Shown here: positions 1-9,530 of the stretch, piece by piece
Numbering within the stretch: position 1 is the first letter of the stretch
Layout of the letters: each line of letters opens with the position of its first letter
Origin: Nitrospirota bacterium
Lineage (GTDB): Bacteria > Nitrospirota > Nitrospiria > Nitrospirales > NS-4
NCBI GenBank assembly: GCA_963788195.1
Contig: CAWBGA010000002.1
Coordinates: forward strand, 352,001-416,000
Length of the DNA: 64,000 bases
Direction of reading: 5' to 3'
Position numbers and translations under genes: made by a program
The notes under the pieces: model-generated
What the model saw: the letters and a program-made list of their open reading frames with translations, nothing else
Database searches by the model: none
What the model was told of the DNA's origin: nothing

Positions 1-164
1 AACCGCCTGAGGTGAACCTTGCCAGCTCCGTCCGGGAGCCGGAATGCGCTGTGCCTCGTAACAATTCGCCGCGGAGTCGGCGCCTCGGGCGGCAACGGCT
101 TCCGTCGGGCGAGCAGACGCGCAGTGAGTGGCTGCGGCAACGCGGTCGTTCGATTGGCGGCCAT
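1..164 (-). CDS. 5' part of a hypothetical protein running off the window edge (MAANRTTALPQP...)
   Basis: ATG at 164-162 preceded by AAGGA-like RBS; frame open to position 1; no recognisable domain. Confidence 0.35.
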   Translation of the reverse strand, partial: MAANRTTALPQPLTARLLARRKPLPPEAPTPRRIVTRHSAFRLPDGAGKVHLRR

Positions 165-256
165 GGTCACTTCCTTCGTGCAAGTCGGTCGGCGAAATAC
201 GCCCAAGCGTCTGCGACTGGGGCCGGAAAAGCGGCTGCAAGTGCTTGAGAAGTCTG

Positions 257-343
257 TGGTGCCGAAGGCGGGATTTGAACCCGCACGCCCTTGCGAGCGC
301 TAGACCCTGAATCTAGTGCGTCTGCCAGTTCCGCCACTTCGGC
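257..343 (-). tRNA. tRNA-Leu(CAG)
   Basis: Reverse complement GCCGAAGTGGCGGAACTGGCAGACGC...CTAGA-TTCAGGG-TCTAG...GGTTCAAATCC...GGCACCA; long variable arm; encoded CCA. Confidence 0.97.
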
Positions 344-479
344 TCGTCGAAAGCGTCTTCAGTTCCGCATTTTCAAGTATTCAACGGGGCGAGTCAAGCC
401 GAGCCATGCTGGTAATCTTTCCGCGCGCGGTGTTACAGTCGCTTCCATCCATGAGATTAAAATCTTAGGAGCGTTCCGG

Positions 480-1287
480 GTGACGTTCGTCTCTCGATGG
501 GGCTCGTCCCTCATCCTCGCTGCATGGGCATGGATTATTCTGGTGCTTGCCGTCACCTTCCGGCGAGCCTGGGAACATTCCCCGGCGCCTGCCGGATATC
601 AATGCCGTCGCGACCGAGCACTTGTTTTTGGTTCCGATATCGTTCCTGTTGTTTTTCACCTTGAGTTGGATACGGAAGAAACAGGATGAGGCCGACGGAC
701 GGAGCAACACGTTCCCTCGCTGGCGTGCGACGATCGCCATATGGTTGCTGGCCTTCCTCCATCCCGTATCCTGCGGACTCTATCCGGCGGTGTTCAATCT
801 CGACACCAGAACGCTGGAGCAAATTACCCGTTCGGTAGCCGGGATGCAGACAGGGATGTCACGAAGCGAAGTGGAGCGGGAAATCATTGTCCTTAATGCC
901 AAACTTCCCATCCCCATGGGGGCGGATCAAGCCGAGCACGAAACTCAGGCTCGCGCCGTGGGGCGCTACCTCACCACCCATGATGCCGAGGAACGGGCAA
1001 GACTCTGGGCACAGATTTCGCGCGCGATCCTCATCTTCGTTCCCTGGGGACCTGGCGGGACGCCTCCGGATCCCGGCGACGCCAGCCAATTTTTTCAACG
1101 CCGCACCCGCGCATCGAGTGACATGGGCCAGGACAGGATCAAAGTTCGATATGGGCCCGGCGATAAAGTGGAGGAAATCATATATTCGTCCAATCGCCAA
1201 CTGACCGAAGCCCGTGGTCCCTGCACAATCCATCTCATCGTGCCGGCGCCTCCAGAGGCCTCGTTTCCCATACCATGCCCGAAGTGA
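480..1287 (+). CDS. Membrane hypothetical protein (frameshift near 580)
   Basis: AGGAG then GTG at 480; hydrophobic N-terminus in one frame continues into ORF 547..1287 with further TM segments. Confidence 0.55.
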
Positions 1288-1290
1288 GAC

Positions 1291-2550
1291 CTACTGATGC
1301 GCGGTGCCGGCGGGGAAAAGGCTATCGGCGGGAAGGCTTGCAGGCCATCCCAGCAGCCAGCCGGCGTCCAGCATTGGCTTAGCTTCTGGAAGCTCGCGGG
1401 GATCTCCCGCCAGCACGATCCGCTCACGAGTCATGCACGCGCAGATGAGGAGGAGAGGAAGGGGAATGCGTGGGGCCTCATACACCAACAAGGCATCATA
1501 TCGGAGCGGGGCGAAGATCGTATCCCCCGCCACGGTTGCCGCGGTCGCGGCGATCATACGCTTAGCTTGGAGGAAGGGACGCCGCGTCTTATCCTCTTCC
1601 GTCGCGATCACGTCCCTGACCCGCTCAACTCCGCCTAAGCGGGAGATCTCGTCCTTCAACTCGTTATACTCAGGGCGCATCTCCGGTGCGACATAGGCTT
1701 CCGGTTTCAACTCGCTGATGCGTGCCTGCGCAATCTCCAGTTCCTTGAGATACTCCTGTTTCTGCTCCTCATACAACGCGCAGTTCTCTTTCATCGACTC
1801 GATGTTGTTGCCGACGACCTGCATCCCGACGCGATGCCAGATCGGCAAGGTGTCATAGGCGGCGGAGATAGTTTCCAGTCGTTTAATGCTTCCCTGGACG
1901 TCCCCCAACGCCGTGAGTAGGCGCCATTCCAGGTTGCGGACCTCATCGAGGTCCTTCTGTTTCTCAGCTTTGTAGTGGAGGATAGGCGCCAATTCAAGAT
2001 AGCGCGTGAGCTTGCGGCGAAGCCCGGCCTTGTCCGATTGAGCTTTACCGAGGAACGAGGCGATCTGAGCGTCGAAGCTTAGCTCGCGTAGGTTGATGCC
2101 GGCCTCCGTGGCGCTGGTCGTCGGCTCGTACCGACAGAGAAAGCTTCGATATTGAAGACCCGCTCCCCGCAGAGCTTTCGCCGAAGCGAGCAATGCCTCA
2201 TCCAACGTCCGATTATCCGGAGCGATGAATAGCACCCGTTTGTTGGCTTTAATCAGCTCGGTCATGGCGCCGCACAGCTTGGCTTGTCGCACCTGACGAT
2301 CTGCGGTCCAGATCGGTGTGAGGACGGAGGTGACGGCGGTGGAACGGAGGCCTGCATCAAGCGAGGCTTGCTCCGGCGCGACCCAGGGGACCAAACGATC
2401 CGCGGCGCTAAAATAGTAACTGTTTGCATGATGCAGGACGTCTTCTAATCGTTGCCGCACTTTTACAGAAATACCCGAGGGGTCCCGTGTCAGGGCCTCC
2501 TCTTGAACCATATGCTGGATGAGTGCCGGGATGAGATCGAATGCCTTCAT
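1291..2550 (-). CDS. Degenerate SF1 (Upf1/Dna2-like, AAA_11) helicase-domain protein with coiled-coil insert
   Basis: Motif Ia-like RVLFIAPDN, MIAAT, YDALLVYEA (Walker B position), RIVLAGDPRELP (motif III); no GxxGxGKT. Confidence 0.7.
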   Translation of the reverse strand: MKAFDLIPALIQHMVQEEALTRDPSGISVKVRQRLEDVLHHANSYYFSAADRLVPWVAPEQASLDAGLRSTAVTSVLTPIWTADRQVRQAKLCGAMTELIKANKRVLFIAPDNRTLDEALLASAKALRGAGLQYRSFLCRYEPTTSATEAGINLRELSFDAQIASFLGKAQSDKAGLRRKLTRYLELAPILHYKAEKQKDLDEVRNLEWRLLTALGDVQGSIKRLETISAAYDTLPIWHRVGMQVVGNNIESMKENCALYEEQKQEYLKELEIAQARISELKPEAYVAPEMRPEYNELKDEISRLGGVERVRDVIATEEDKTRRPFLQAKRMIAATAATVAGDTIFAPLRYDALLVYEAPRIPLPLLLICACMTRERIVLAGDPRELPEAKPMLDAGWLLGWPASLPADSLFPAGTAHQ

Positions 2551-3035
2551 TCTTGCAGGGCCTCAAGTAAGGATACGGCCAGGCATCCGAGTTCGCCCGC
2601 AGGGTCCATTCTTTGGTGCCGGCAGTCACGGGTTTGCGCATTGGACATCGCCCTGGACAGCCTAGTGCCTACTTCGAGCGGCAGGTCTGCCACCCGATAC
2701 AGGCGAATGCCTCCGTCGTCTGTGGCGGAAAGGATGAGGAGACGTTGGTGCTGATCATCGTCGATGATTGCGGCCCGAGGGGCGCCGGCCGGAAGCTTTC
2801 CAAGGCGATAGCCGTCGAGGACCCAGGCCTGCTTGATAATATGCGGAGGAGGTTGCACGGGGGCCCGACTCATCCGAATGTTCAACAAGAAGGGATCGAA
2901 AGCCGTCTGCGTTTCCGAAAGCAGCGAACCCTCCTGGGCACCGGCTGGAGCGGTGTCGGCGTGGACCGAACTGACCCTTGTGCCGAGAGATCCAAGGAAC
3001 AAGACGGCGACAATGAGAGGGATCAGGCGCAACAA
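2547..3035 (-). CDS. Exported hypothetical protein
   Basis: AGGAG RBS, TTG start, signal-peptide-like N-terminus ending VHA; 4-nt overlap with downstream gene. Confidence 0.65.
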   Translation of the reverse strand: MLRLIPLIVAVLFLGSLGTRVSSVHADTAPAGAQEGSLLSETQTAFDPFLLNIRMSRAPVQPPPHIIKQAWVLDGYRLGKLPAGAPRAAIIDDDQHQRLLILSATDDGGIRLYRVADLPLEVGTRLSRAMSNAQTRDCRHQRMDPAGELGCLAVSLLEALQE

Positions 3036-3092
3036 TAGTGCTCCTTTTCCATAATTGTAGCGAAGGTAACCCTGAATCACAATCACGTTTCA

Positions 3093-3121
3093 TTGACATT
3101 CAGTCGGTGGTTAGGTAGGAT
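3093..3121 (+). promoter_or_regulatory. sigma70-type promoter of rplI-glyA-nrdR
   Basis: TTGACA-17 nt-TAGGAT, followed by AGGAG RBS. Confidence 0.7.
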
Positions 3122-3150
3122 TCGAACCCTCTTCAGAAGGAGTTTTATCA

Positions 3151-3639
3151 ATGAAAGTTATTCTGCGGGAAGACGTCGAAGACGTGGGAAACATTGGGGA
3201 CGTGCTTGAAGTCGCCCCCGGATTCGCTCGAAACTATCTGATCCCAGGCAACAAGGCGGTGGAAGCCACCACTCGCAGCATCAAGACGGTTGAGCATGCG
3301 AAGCGAGTAATCGGCGAAAAGGCCAAAAAGGAGAAGGCTGCGCTCCAGGATTACGCGAAAAAAGTGAGCGCGACGAGCATCACAATTCCGGTGAATGTCG
3401 GCAAGGACGATAAGCTATTCGGCTCTGTGACGACGAAGGACATCGCGGATCTCTTACTCGCGCAGGGCATTGACATCGACAAACGCAAGATTCAGCTCCC
3501 ACATGCCATACGCGAGCTTGGCACGACTAAGGTAGCGATCAAACTTAATTCTCAGGTCACGACGGAGATCAACGTGACGGTCGTCAGAGCTCAAGCCCCG
3601 GACGCTCCAATCGAGCCTCCTTCAGTCCCGCAAAGCTGA
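3151..3639 (+). CDS. rplI: 50S ribosomal protein L9
   Basis: MKVILREDV...[16 protein letters not shown] motifs. Confidence 0.98.
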   Translation: MKVILREDVEDVGNIGDVLEVAPGFARNYLIPGNKAVEATTRSIKTVEHAKRVIGEKAKKEKAALQDYAKKVSATSITIPVNVGKDDKLFGSVTTKDIADLLLAQGIDIDKRKIQLPHAIRELGTTKVAIKLNSQVTTEINVTVVRAQAPDAPIEPPSVPQS

Positions 3640-3646
3640 GCTCGGC

Positions 3647-4894
3647 ATGGCAAGTCCACTTCGCACCACCGATCGAGAAGTGTATGACGCGGTTCGTCGG
3701 GAAGGGCGCCGCCAGCGGGACAAGATTCTTCTCATCGCCTCCGAAAATTTTGCGAGCCCGGCCGTGTTGGCGGCACAAGGCTCGGTGCTGACGAATAAGT
3801 ACGCGGAAGGGTATCCAGGCCGACGCTACTACGGCGGCTGTCAGTACGTCGATGTCGTAGAAAACCTGGCAATCCAGAGGGCCCAGCAACTATTCGGCGC
3901 CGAGCACGTCAATGTGCAGCCACACTCCGGATCTCAGGCGAACATGGCGGTGTACTCCTCCGTACTCAAGCCAGGCGATGCCATTCTTGGTATGGATTTG
4001 GCCCATGGAGGACACCTCACCCACGGAAGCCGAGTGAGCTTCTCGGGGATGCTGTATCGTGCCTTTTTTTATGGTGTCGACCGCACGACCGAGCGAATTG
4101 ATTATGACGCCGTGCATAAGCTCGCTGAAGAGCACCGTCCCCGGATGATTGTCGTCGGCGCCAGCGCCTATTCTCGAGTCATTGATTTTCCGAAGTTCCA
4201 GGAGATCGCGAAGGCCGTCGGCGCCTACGTGATGGTGGACATTGCGCACATCGCCGGACTCATCGTCACCGGCCTTCATCCCAGCCCCGTTCCTTATGCG
4301 GATTTCGTCACGACAACCACTCATAAGACGCTCCGGGGCCCGCGAGGCGGAATGGTAATGTGTAAGGCGGAGCATGCCAAGGCGCTTGACAAGGCGGTAT
4401 TTCCCGGTTTGCAGGGTGGACCATTAATGCACGTCATTGCGGCCAAGGCTGTCGCATTCAAGGAGGCATTGCAGCCGGGCTTCAAGACTTATCAGCAACA
4501 AGTGGTGACTAATGCCCGGGCGCTTGCTGGGGGGCTGGAGAAGCGCGGGTTTCGAATCGTTTCCGGCGGCACGGACAATCACTTGATGCTGGTGGACGTG
4601 ACCGGGAAGGGGGTCACCGGCAAGGAAGCCGAGGCGGCGCTCGACGAAGCGGGAATCACGGTCAACAAAAACGCGATTCCCTACGATCAGAAGCCCCCGG
4701 CCATCGCGAGCGGAATTCGACTCGGCACGCCGCTTGTTTCCACCCGTGGCATGCGGGAGGAAGAAATGGAACAAATTGCGGATGCCATTGAGCAGGTTTT
4801 GTCGAGCCCGGGGGACGCCGCCGTCCGCAAACTTATCCGTTCCCGCGTGAGGGTGCTCTGCGGAAAATTTCCTATCTTTTCCGAATACCGGTAG
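3647..4894 (+). CDS. glyA: Serine hydroxymethyltransferase
   Basis: [35 protein letters not shown] (PLP lysine). Confidence 0.99.
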   Translation: MASPLRTTDREVYDAVRREGRRQRDKILLIASENFASPAVLAAQGSVLTNKYAEGYPGRRYYGGCQYVDVVENLAIQRAQQLFGAEHVNVQPHSGSQANMAVYSSVLKPGDAILGMDLAHGGHLTHGSRVSFSGMLYRAFFYGVDRTTERIDYDAVHKLAEEHRPRMIVVGASAYSRVIDFPKFQEIAKAVGAYVMVDIAHIAGLIVTGLHPSPVPYADFVTTTTHKTLRGPRGGMVMCKAEHAKALDKAVFPGLQGGPLMHVIAAKAVAFKEALQPGFKTYQQQVVTNARALAGGLEKRGFRIVSGGTDNHLMLVDVTGKGVTGKEAEAALDEAGITVNKNAIPYDQKPPAIASGIRLGTPLVSTRGMREEEMEQIADAIEQVLSSPGDAAVRKLIRSRVRVLCGKFPIFSEYR

Positions 4895-4950
4895 TAACTC
4901 CGGGAAAAGGCCGTCGGGCGTTATAGGGAATAGCGAGGGTAGCCGGCTAA

Positions 4951-5427
4951 ATGCGATGCCCGTTTTGTAGCCGCTTTGAGGACAAGGTTGTAGACTCGCG
5001 CATGGCCAAGGAGGGCGAAGCGATTCGCCGCCGTCGGGAATGCCTTGGTTGTAAGCGACGATTCACTACCTATGAGCGGGTGGATGAAGTCCTTCCAATG
5101 CTCGTGAAGAAGGACGGCCGCCGTGAGCCTTTCGACCGGGCCAAAGTACTCGCCGGACTGAAGAAAGCCTGCGAGAAGCGCCCAATCAGCATTGCGACAC
5201 TAGAGGCGGTCGCCGATCGGGTCGAAAAGCGTGTTCAGGAGCGCGGCGAGGCTGAAGTACAAGCGCGTGTTGTGGGCGAAGAGGTGATGGCGGAATTGTA
5301 TCAACTCGATCAGGTGGCCTATGTGAGATTTGCCTCGGTGTACCGTGAGTTCAAAGACGTCGCGCAGTTTATGGATGAAGTTAAAGTGTTGATCCGTGAA
5401 CGCGGTCCCGCTCCGGTCGAACCGTAA
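4951..5427 (+). CDS. nrdR: Transcriptional repressor NrdR
   Basis: CPFC...RRRRECxxCxxRFTTYE, ATP cone, [10 protein letters not shown]. Confidence 0.98.
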   Translation: MRCPFCSRFEDKVVDSRMAKEGEAIRRRRECLGCKRRFTTYERVDEVLPMLVKKDGRREPFDRAKVLAGLKKACEKRPISIATLEAVADRVEKRVQERGEAEVQARVVGEEVMAELYQLDQVAYVRFASVYREFKDVAQFMDEVKVLIRERGPAPVEP

Positions 5428-5478
5428 CTTGTTCCTTCCCTCCTTCCGTTGCAGGGCCTTTCTGATGCAGGGGAAAGA

Positions 5479-6600
5479 ATGACCGTAAAATTGAAGTCCA
5501 CCCGCCGCCGTCCGATCCTGAAAACGCGCCGGGGGTCCACCCGTCTGTCGCCGCCCGCAACCCGTGTTGCCATCATCGGCGCCGGCGCTGGGGGTTCGGC
5601 CCTACTCTCCATTTTGGTGGGCGATCCACTGGTTCAGTTGGTCGGCATTGCTGAGATCAATCCTAAAGCACCTGGCCTGCGCCTCGCGAAACGGTACGGC
5701 ATCCCAATAGTTCGCGATTACAAGGAGCTCCTGCGCTCCGAAAACGTCAATCTCGTTATCGATGTGACTGGTCACCAGAAAGTCGAGGAGGCGCTGGCTG
5801 AATTCGACCGCGTGGGCGTGGCCGTCATCGGCGGCACCTCCGCCAAGTTCATGTGGCAGCTCATGGAAGCGCACGTGCGTGCAAACGCTGAGACAAAGCG
5901 TTATCTGAAGAAATATCAGGACCTTTATAAGCTTTATGTGAAAGAAGCGGGCGCGGCGGTTACCGAAGAGCGAAGCCGCATCGCCTGCGAGATCCACGAC
6001 GGGCTGATTCAGACCTTGGCCGGGATCAACTTCAAGATGGAGCTGTGCCGCGAGCTGATTTTCTCCGATCCCACCCGATCCCATGCCCTCCTCAGCGACG
6101 CGAAGACGCAATTAAAAGAGGCTATTGAGGAGTCCCGGCAGGTCATCTTCAATCTTCGGCCGCTCTATTATGAATCGATGCGCCTGGTTCCCGCGCTGAC
6201 GGCCTATCTCAAGTCCTACGAGACCCAGTCCCACATTCGCACGGAATTCAAAACCACCGGTGAAGAAACGGCTTTGACGCCGAAGATTAAAATTTTTCTG
6301 TTTCGCATTGTGCAGGAAGCCTTGAGCAACGTTCACAAACATGCGAAGGCCGGGTCGGTGACGGTCACCCTGATACTGACTAAACAGTATCTCTGTGCGA
6401 CGATTGAGGACAACGGAGTTGGATTTGACGTCGACGCGGTCTCGCTGGATCCCACCAAGTGGCACTCCTTCGGCTTAAAGGGGTTTGTCGAGCGGGCCCG
6501 GCTCGTCGGCGGCACCGCCAAAATCGAATCCCAGAAGGGCTATGGGACACGCGTGCAGGTGGATATTCCCCTCATGAAAGAGCAGGCTGATGGCCGTTGA
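5479..6600 (+). CDS. Soluble histidine kinase with N-terminal Rossmann-like domain (HisKA_3 + HATPase)
   Basis: VAIIGAGAGG; ERSRIACEIHDG H-box; QEALSNVHKHA N-box; DNGVGF, GLKG, GYGT. Confidence 0.9.
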   Translation: MTVKLKSTRRRPILKTRRGSTRLSPPATRVAIIGAGAGGSALLSILVGDPLVQLVGIAEINPKAPGLRLAKRYGIPIVRDYKELLRSENVNLVIDVTGHQKVEEALAEFDRVGVAVIGGTSAKFMWQLMEAHVRANAETKRYLKKYQDLYKLYVKEAGAAVTEERSRIACEIHDGLIQTLAGINFKMELCRELIFSDPTRSHALLSDAKTQLKEAIEESRQVIFNLRPLYYESMRLVPALTAYLKSYETQSHIRTEFKTTGEETALTPKIKIFLFRIVQEALSNVHKHAKAGSVTVTLILTKQYLCATIEDNGVGFDVDAVSLDPTKWHSFGLKGFVERARLVGGTAKIESQKGYGTRVQVDIPLMKEQADGR

Positions 6601-7282
6601 AAAGACGAAGGTGCTTATTGCCGATGACCACCGCGTAGTGCGCGAAGGCCTTGTAGCGATTTTGCGAGAGTGCCAGGATCTGGAAGTTGTCGGAGAGGCA
6701 TCCGACGGACAGGAAGCGGTTGAGAAGGCGAGGAAACTTCAGCCTGATGTGATCTTAATGGATGTGAGTATGCCTCGAATGAATGGGGTTGAAGCCACCC
6801 GCGCGATTAAGCGGGAGTCGCCACACATCGGCATCGTGGCCTTGACGATGTATGATGAGGAAAAATACATCTTCGATCTGGTACGGGCCGGCGCAACGGG
6901 ATACTTGCTCAAAGACTCCGACTCGGCGCAGATCATCTCATCGATCCGTTCCATCTATAAGGGCGAATCGCTGATCCATCCGTCTGTGGCAAGCAAGATT
7001 CTCGCGGAATTTTCGCTACTCGCCGAAGGAAAGAGCAAGAAGCAGGGTCGTGCGGAGCACGACTTGACGGAACGAGAGATCACGGTGCTTCGTCTCGTTG
7101 CGGCGGGTAAGACAAACAAGGAAATCGCGAATGATCTGGACCTTAGCGAGAAGACCGTAAAAAATCATGTCCGTAACATCTTCCACAAGCTACAGGTCTA
7201 CGACCGGACACAGGCGGCGATCCTTGGGATCCGCAAAGGTCTGATCGAGTTAGACCCGCCGATTGAGAAACCGTCTCGCTAA
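6590..7282 (+). CDS. NarL/LuxR-family response regulator
   Basis: IADDH, LMDVSMP receiver; LTERE...[16 protein letters not shown]. Confidence 0.96.
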   Translation: MAVEKTKVLIADDHRVVREGLVAILRECQDLEVVGEASDGQEAVEKARKLQPDVILMDVSMPRMNGVEATRAIKRESPHIGIVALTMYDEEKYIFDLVRAGATGYLLKDSDSAQIISSIRSIYKGESLIHPSVASKILAEFSLLAEGKSKKQGRAEHDLTEREITVLRLVAAGKTNKEIANDLDLSEKTVKNHVRNIFHKLQVYDRTQAAILGIRKGLIELDPPIEKPSR

Positions 7283-7932
7283 CCGTAACGGTCCTCGTCC
7301 CATGGTAACGCGGTGTTGGAATAGCCACGGACTTCCCAGAAACCCGGGGTGTCACGTTCAAGGAAAGTAATTTCTTTAACCCATTTGGCGCCTTTCCAGG
7401 CATAGCGTTTCGGAACGATCATGCGGACCGGCCCTCCATGCTCCTTCGGCAAGGGCTGGTCGTTCCAGGTAGACGTGAGCAGCACGTCATCATCGTCGCA
7501 AGCCTCCAGCGGCAAATTAACAGTGTAGTTATCGTAGGAAGTAAATAGGATGAACCGCGCCTGAGGCAGGGGACGTACGACCGCCAGGATATGCCGAAAG
7601 CTCACACCTTCCCATCGATTATCGAAAGTACTCCAGGTAGTCACACAGTGAAAATCGGACGTGGAACAGAGTCGTGGCTGCTCCAAAAATTGGGGCCAGG
7701 ACCAAAGGATTTTGTTCTCAACAAGACCGCCGATTGCGAGCGTCCAATCGGTCAAGGCGATCTCGGGATGGATTCCCAGGTCCAGCACGGGCCAACCTTT
7801 AGTGATATGCTGGCCGGGAGGGAGACGACTGTGCCGGACTCGGCGGTCCGGGGGAACGCCTTCTTCAGTCAGCCCCCTTTTTGCTTCGGCCCAGGCCTCT
7901 TTTTTTGCAATGAAGCGCTCGTTTGATTCCAT
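7279..7932 (-). CDS. Sulfite oxidase-like molybdopterin-dependent oxidoreductase
   Basis: RLPPGQ, DFHCVTTWS, EHGGPVR, YAWKGAKW, GFWEVRGY. Confidence 0.92.
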   Translation of the reverse strand: MESNERFIAKKEAWAEAKRGLTEEGVPPDRRVRHSRLPPGQHITKGWPVLDLGIHPEIALTDWTLAIGGLVENKILWSWPQFLEQPRLCSTSDFHCVTTWSTFDNRWEGVSFRHILAVVRPLPQARFILFTSYDNYTVNLPLEACDDDDVLLTSTWNDQPLPKEHGGPVRMIVPKRYAWKGAKWVKEITFLERDTPGFWEVRGYSNTALPWDEDRYG

Positions 7933-8146
7933 GGTATATCCTGAATGTTCCCCGCAAAGTGGAGAAATTGACCGTACCATTATGGCCCGCCGTTGGGCAA
8001 CTCTCAACATTGACGATGCTCTATTTTATCCCTGAAACGCCTCATATGAGGTCTTTTTGCAACACCCCAAAAGGTAAAGTTTTCATGGTGTTTCTACTAA
8101 TGTATAAAAAACAATTGATTATAGCTTTTCCGTCAGTGTAAAAGGA

Positions 8147-8162
8147 TGGCACTCGAATTGCT
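8147..8162 (+). promoter_or_regulatory. sigma-54 (-24/-12) promoter upstream of lpxC
   Basis: TGGCAC-TCGAA-TTGCT with exact GG-N10-GC spacing; AT-rich upstream region with IHF-like site at 8108-8120. Confidence 0.8.
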
Positions 8163-8177
8163 CTCTATGAACAATTG

Positions 8178-9110
8178 ATGGCTCAAATGCGCTTACAACA
8201 GACAATCAGCCGCCCTGTGCGGTGCAGCGGCATCGGTCTTCATTCCGGACGGAGGGTTTCTCTGTCCCTCCTGCCCGCTCCTCGCGATACAGGCATTGTC
8301 TTTGTTAGGAAAGATATTGACAGCGGGGTCCACGTGGACGCCTTGATCAAAAATATCCGTCCAGCGCTGCTATCTACGGTCGTGGGTGTGGATGGTGTGC
8401 AGGTCCAGACCACTGAGCACGTCCTGGCGGCAGCGATCGGCATGGGGATCGACAACCTTCATATCGAGGTGGACGCCCCAGAGCTTCCGGTGATGGACGG
8501 GAGTGCCGCCCCCTTTGTCAAGATGATCCTCGACGCGGGAATCACGACTCAGGACCGGCATCGGTCATTTTTGAAGATCCTCCGTCCGGTTGAAGTCAGT
8601 GACGGTAATAAATCTGTCGCCATTCGTCCGGCTTCATTATCGAGCATTAGGTACACAATCGACTATAACCATCCGTTGATTCGCCGCCAGGATTATATGT
8701 ACCGGGATTCGCCTGAGGCGTTCGTAAGCGAAATCGCTCCGGCACGAACCTTCGGTTTTTTGCGGGAAGTAGAAGCACTGTGGGATGCCGGTTTAGGGCT
8801 TGGCGGGTCGTTGCAAAACACGCTTATTCTGTCCGACAATGGTCTTCTTAACGAAGACGGACTTCGTTTCACCGATGAATTTGTGCGACACAAAATCCTG
8901 GACCTGATCGGAGATATGGCCCTGCTCGGTCTGCCTTTTATCGGGGAAGTGGTGGCTTTCCGCTCGGGACATGCCTTGCATGCTCGGCTCGTCGATAAGA
9001 TCCTGGAGTCCCGCGAGAACTGGATCATGGTATCCGGAGAAATCGTCATACCTGCTGGGCGCGTCAACCATCTGGCCGCTGCTTGTGTCGCCAGCCCTGA
9101 ACGCGGTTAG
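8178..9110 (+). CDS. lpxC: UDP-3-O-acyl-N-acetylglucosamine deacetylase
   Basis: GIGLHSG, TEHVLAA, ELPVMDGSA, IAPARTFGF, RHKILDLIGD, SGH. Confidence 0.98.
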   Translation: MAQMRLQQTISRPVRCSGIGLHSGRRVSLSLLPAPRDTGIVFVRKDIDSGVHVDALIKNIRPALLSTVVGVDGVQVQTTEHVLAAAIGMGIDNLHIEVDAPELPVMDGSAAPFVKMILDAGITTQDRHRSFLKILRPVEVSDGNKSVAIRPASLSSIRYTIDYNHPLIRRQDYMYRDSPEAFVSEIAPARTFGFLREVEALWDAGLGLGGSLQNTLILSDNGLLNEDGLRFTDEFVRHKILDLIGDMALLGLPFIGEVVAFRSGHALHARLVDKILESRENWIMVSGEIVIPAGRVNHLAAACVASPERG

Positions 9111-9168
9111 GCCGGCGCGTCGTAGTCAGTTTGCAATTCCCTCACCTTCTCTAGAATCGACTTAAAGC

Positions 9169-9287
9169 AATCCGGGTCAGAGTTATCAGAAGACAGGTTA
9201 CTTTCCGATTGTTCCGCGCTCGATCGCACGCCTCATGGCGGCAAAGTTGCCTGTCCCGTCTGTCATAAATCGACTCTGACCCGGATT
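9169..9287. repeat. 119-bp element bounded by perfect 15-bp inverted repeats, with internal pairing
   Basis: AATCCGGGTCAGAGT (9169-9183) / ACTCTGACCCGGATT (9273-9287); inner GACAGG/CCTGTC. Confidence 0.75.
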
Positions 9288-9317
9288 ATTTGGATTATTA
9301 AATTGAGGGTGGGGTGA

Positions 9318-9349
9318 GTGTTGGGGGCAAGTGGCCTCGCCCCCAACAC
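9318..9349. terminator. GC-rich hairpin downstream of the micro-ORFs (possible terminator or stabiliser)
   Basis: GTGTTGGGGGC-N10-GCCCCCAACAC; no strong U tract. Confidence 0.5.
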
Positions 9350-9366
9350 GCGATGCTAGAGGGGAG

Positions 9367-9402
9367 TTATCTCTTTTTCTTCGCCTTTTTTTTCGCTGGC
9401 AT
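9367..9402 (-). CDS. Lys-rich micropeptide 2, MPAKKKAKKKR (11 aa)
   Basis: GAAAGGAGGTGAAGATTA-ATG; paralogue of the adjacent micro-ORF. Confidence 0.7.
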   Translation of the reverse strand: MPAKKKAKKKR

Positions 9403-9458
9403 TAATCTTCACCTCCTTTCATCATTCGATGGTGTACTAACAGTAGAGTGAACCAGCT

Positions 9459-9497
9459 CTACCGTTTCTTTTTCGCAGCCTTTTTCTTCGCTGGCAT
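9459..9497 (-). CDS. Lys-rich micropeptide 1, MPAKKKAAKKKR (12 aa)
   Basis: GGAGGAGGTGAGGATCAC-ATG; synonymous codon differences versus copy 2. Confidence 0.7.
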   Translation of the reverse strand: MPAKKKAAKKKR

Positions 9498-9530
9498 GTG
9501 ATCCTCACCTCCTCCCCACGGTTTTATGTG

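Noticed and set aside
9107..9136. Third micro-ORF (TTG-QTDYDAPA) or tmRNA-tag-like frame on the minus strand
   Set aside because: It has an SD-like sequence but a TTG start, no paralogy, overlaps the lpxC stop and has no tmRNA tRNA-like ends.
9169..9287. SRP RNA or 6S RNA assignment
   Set aside because: No SRP domain IV motif; shorter than typical 6S and no clear central bubble. Left unassigned.
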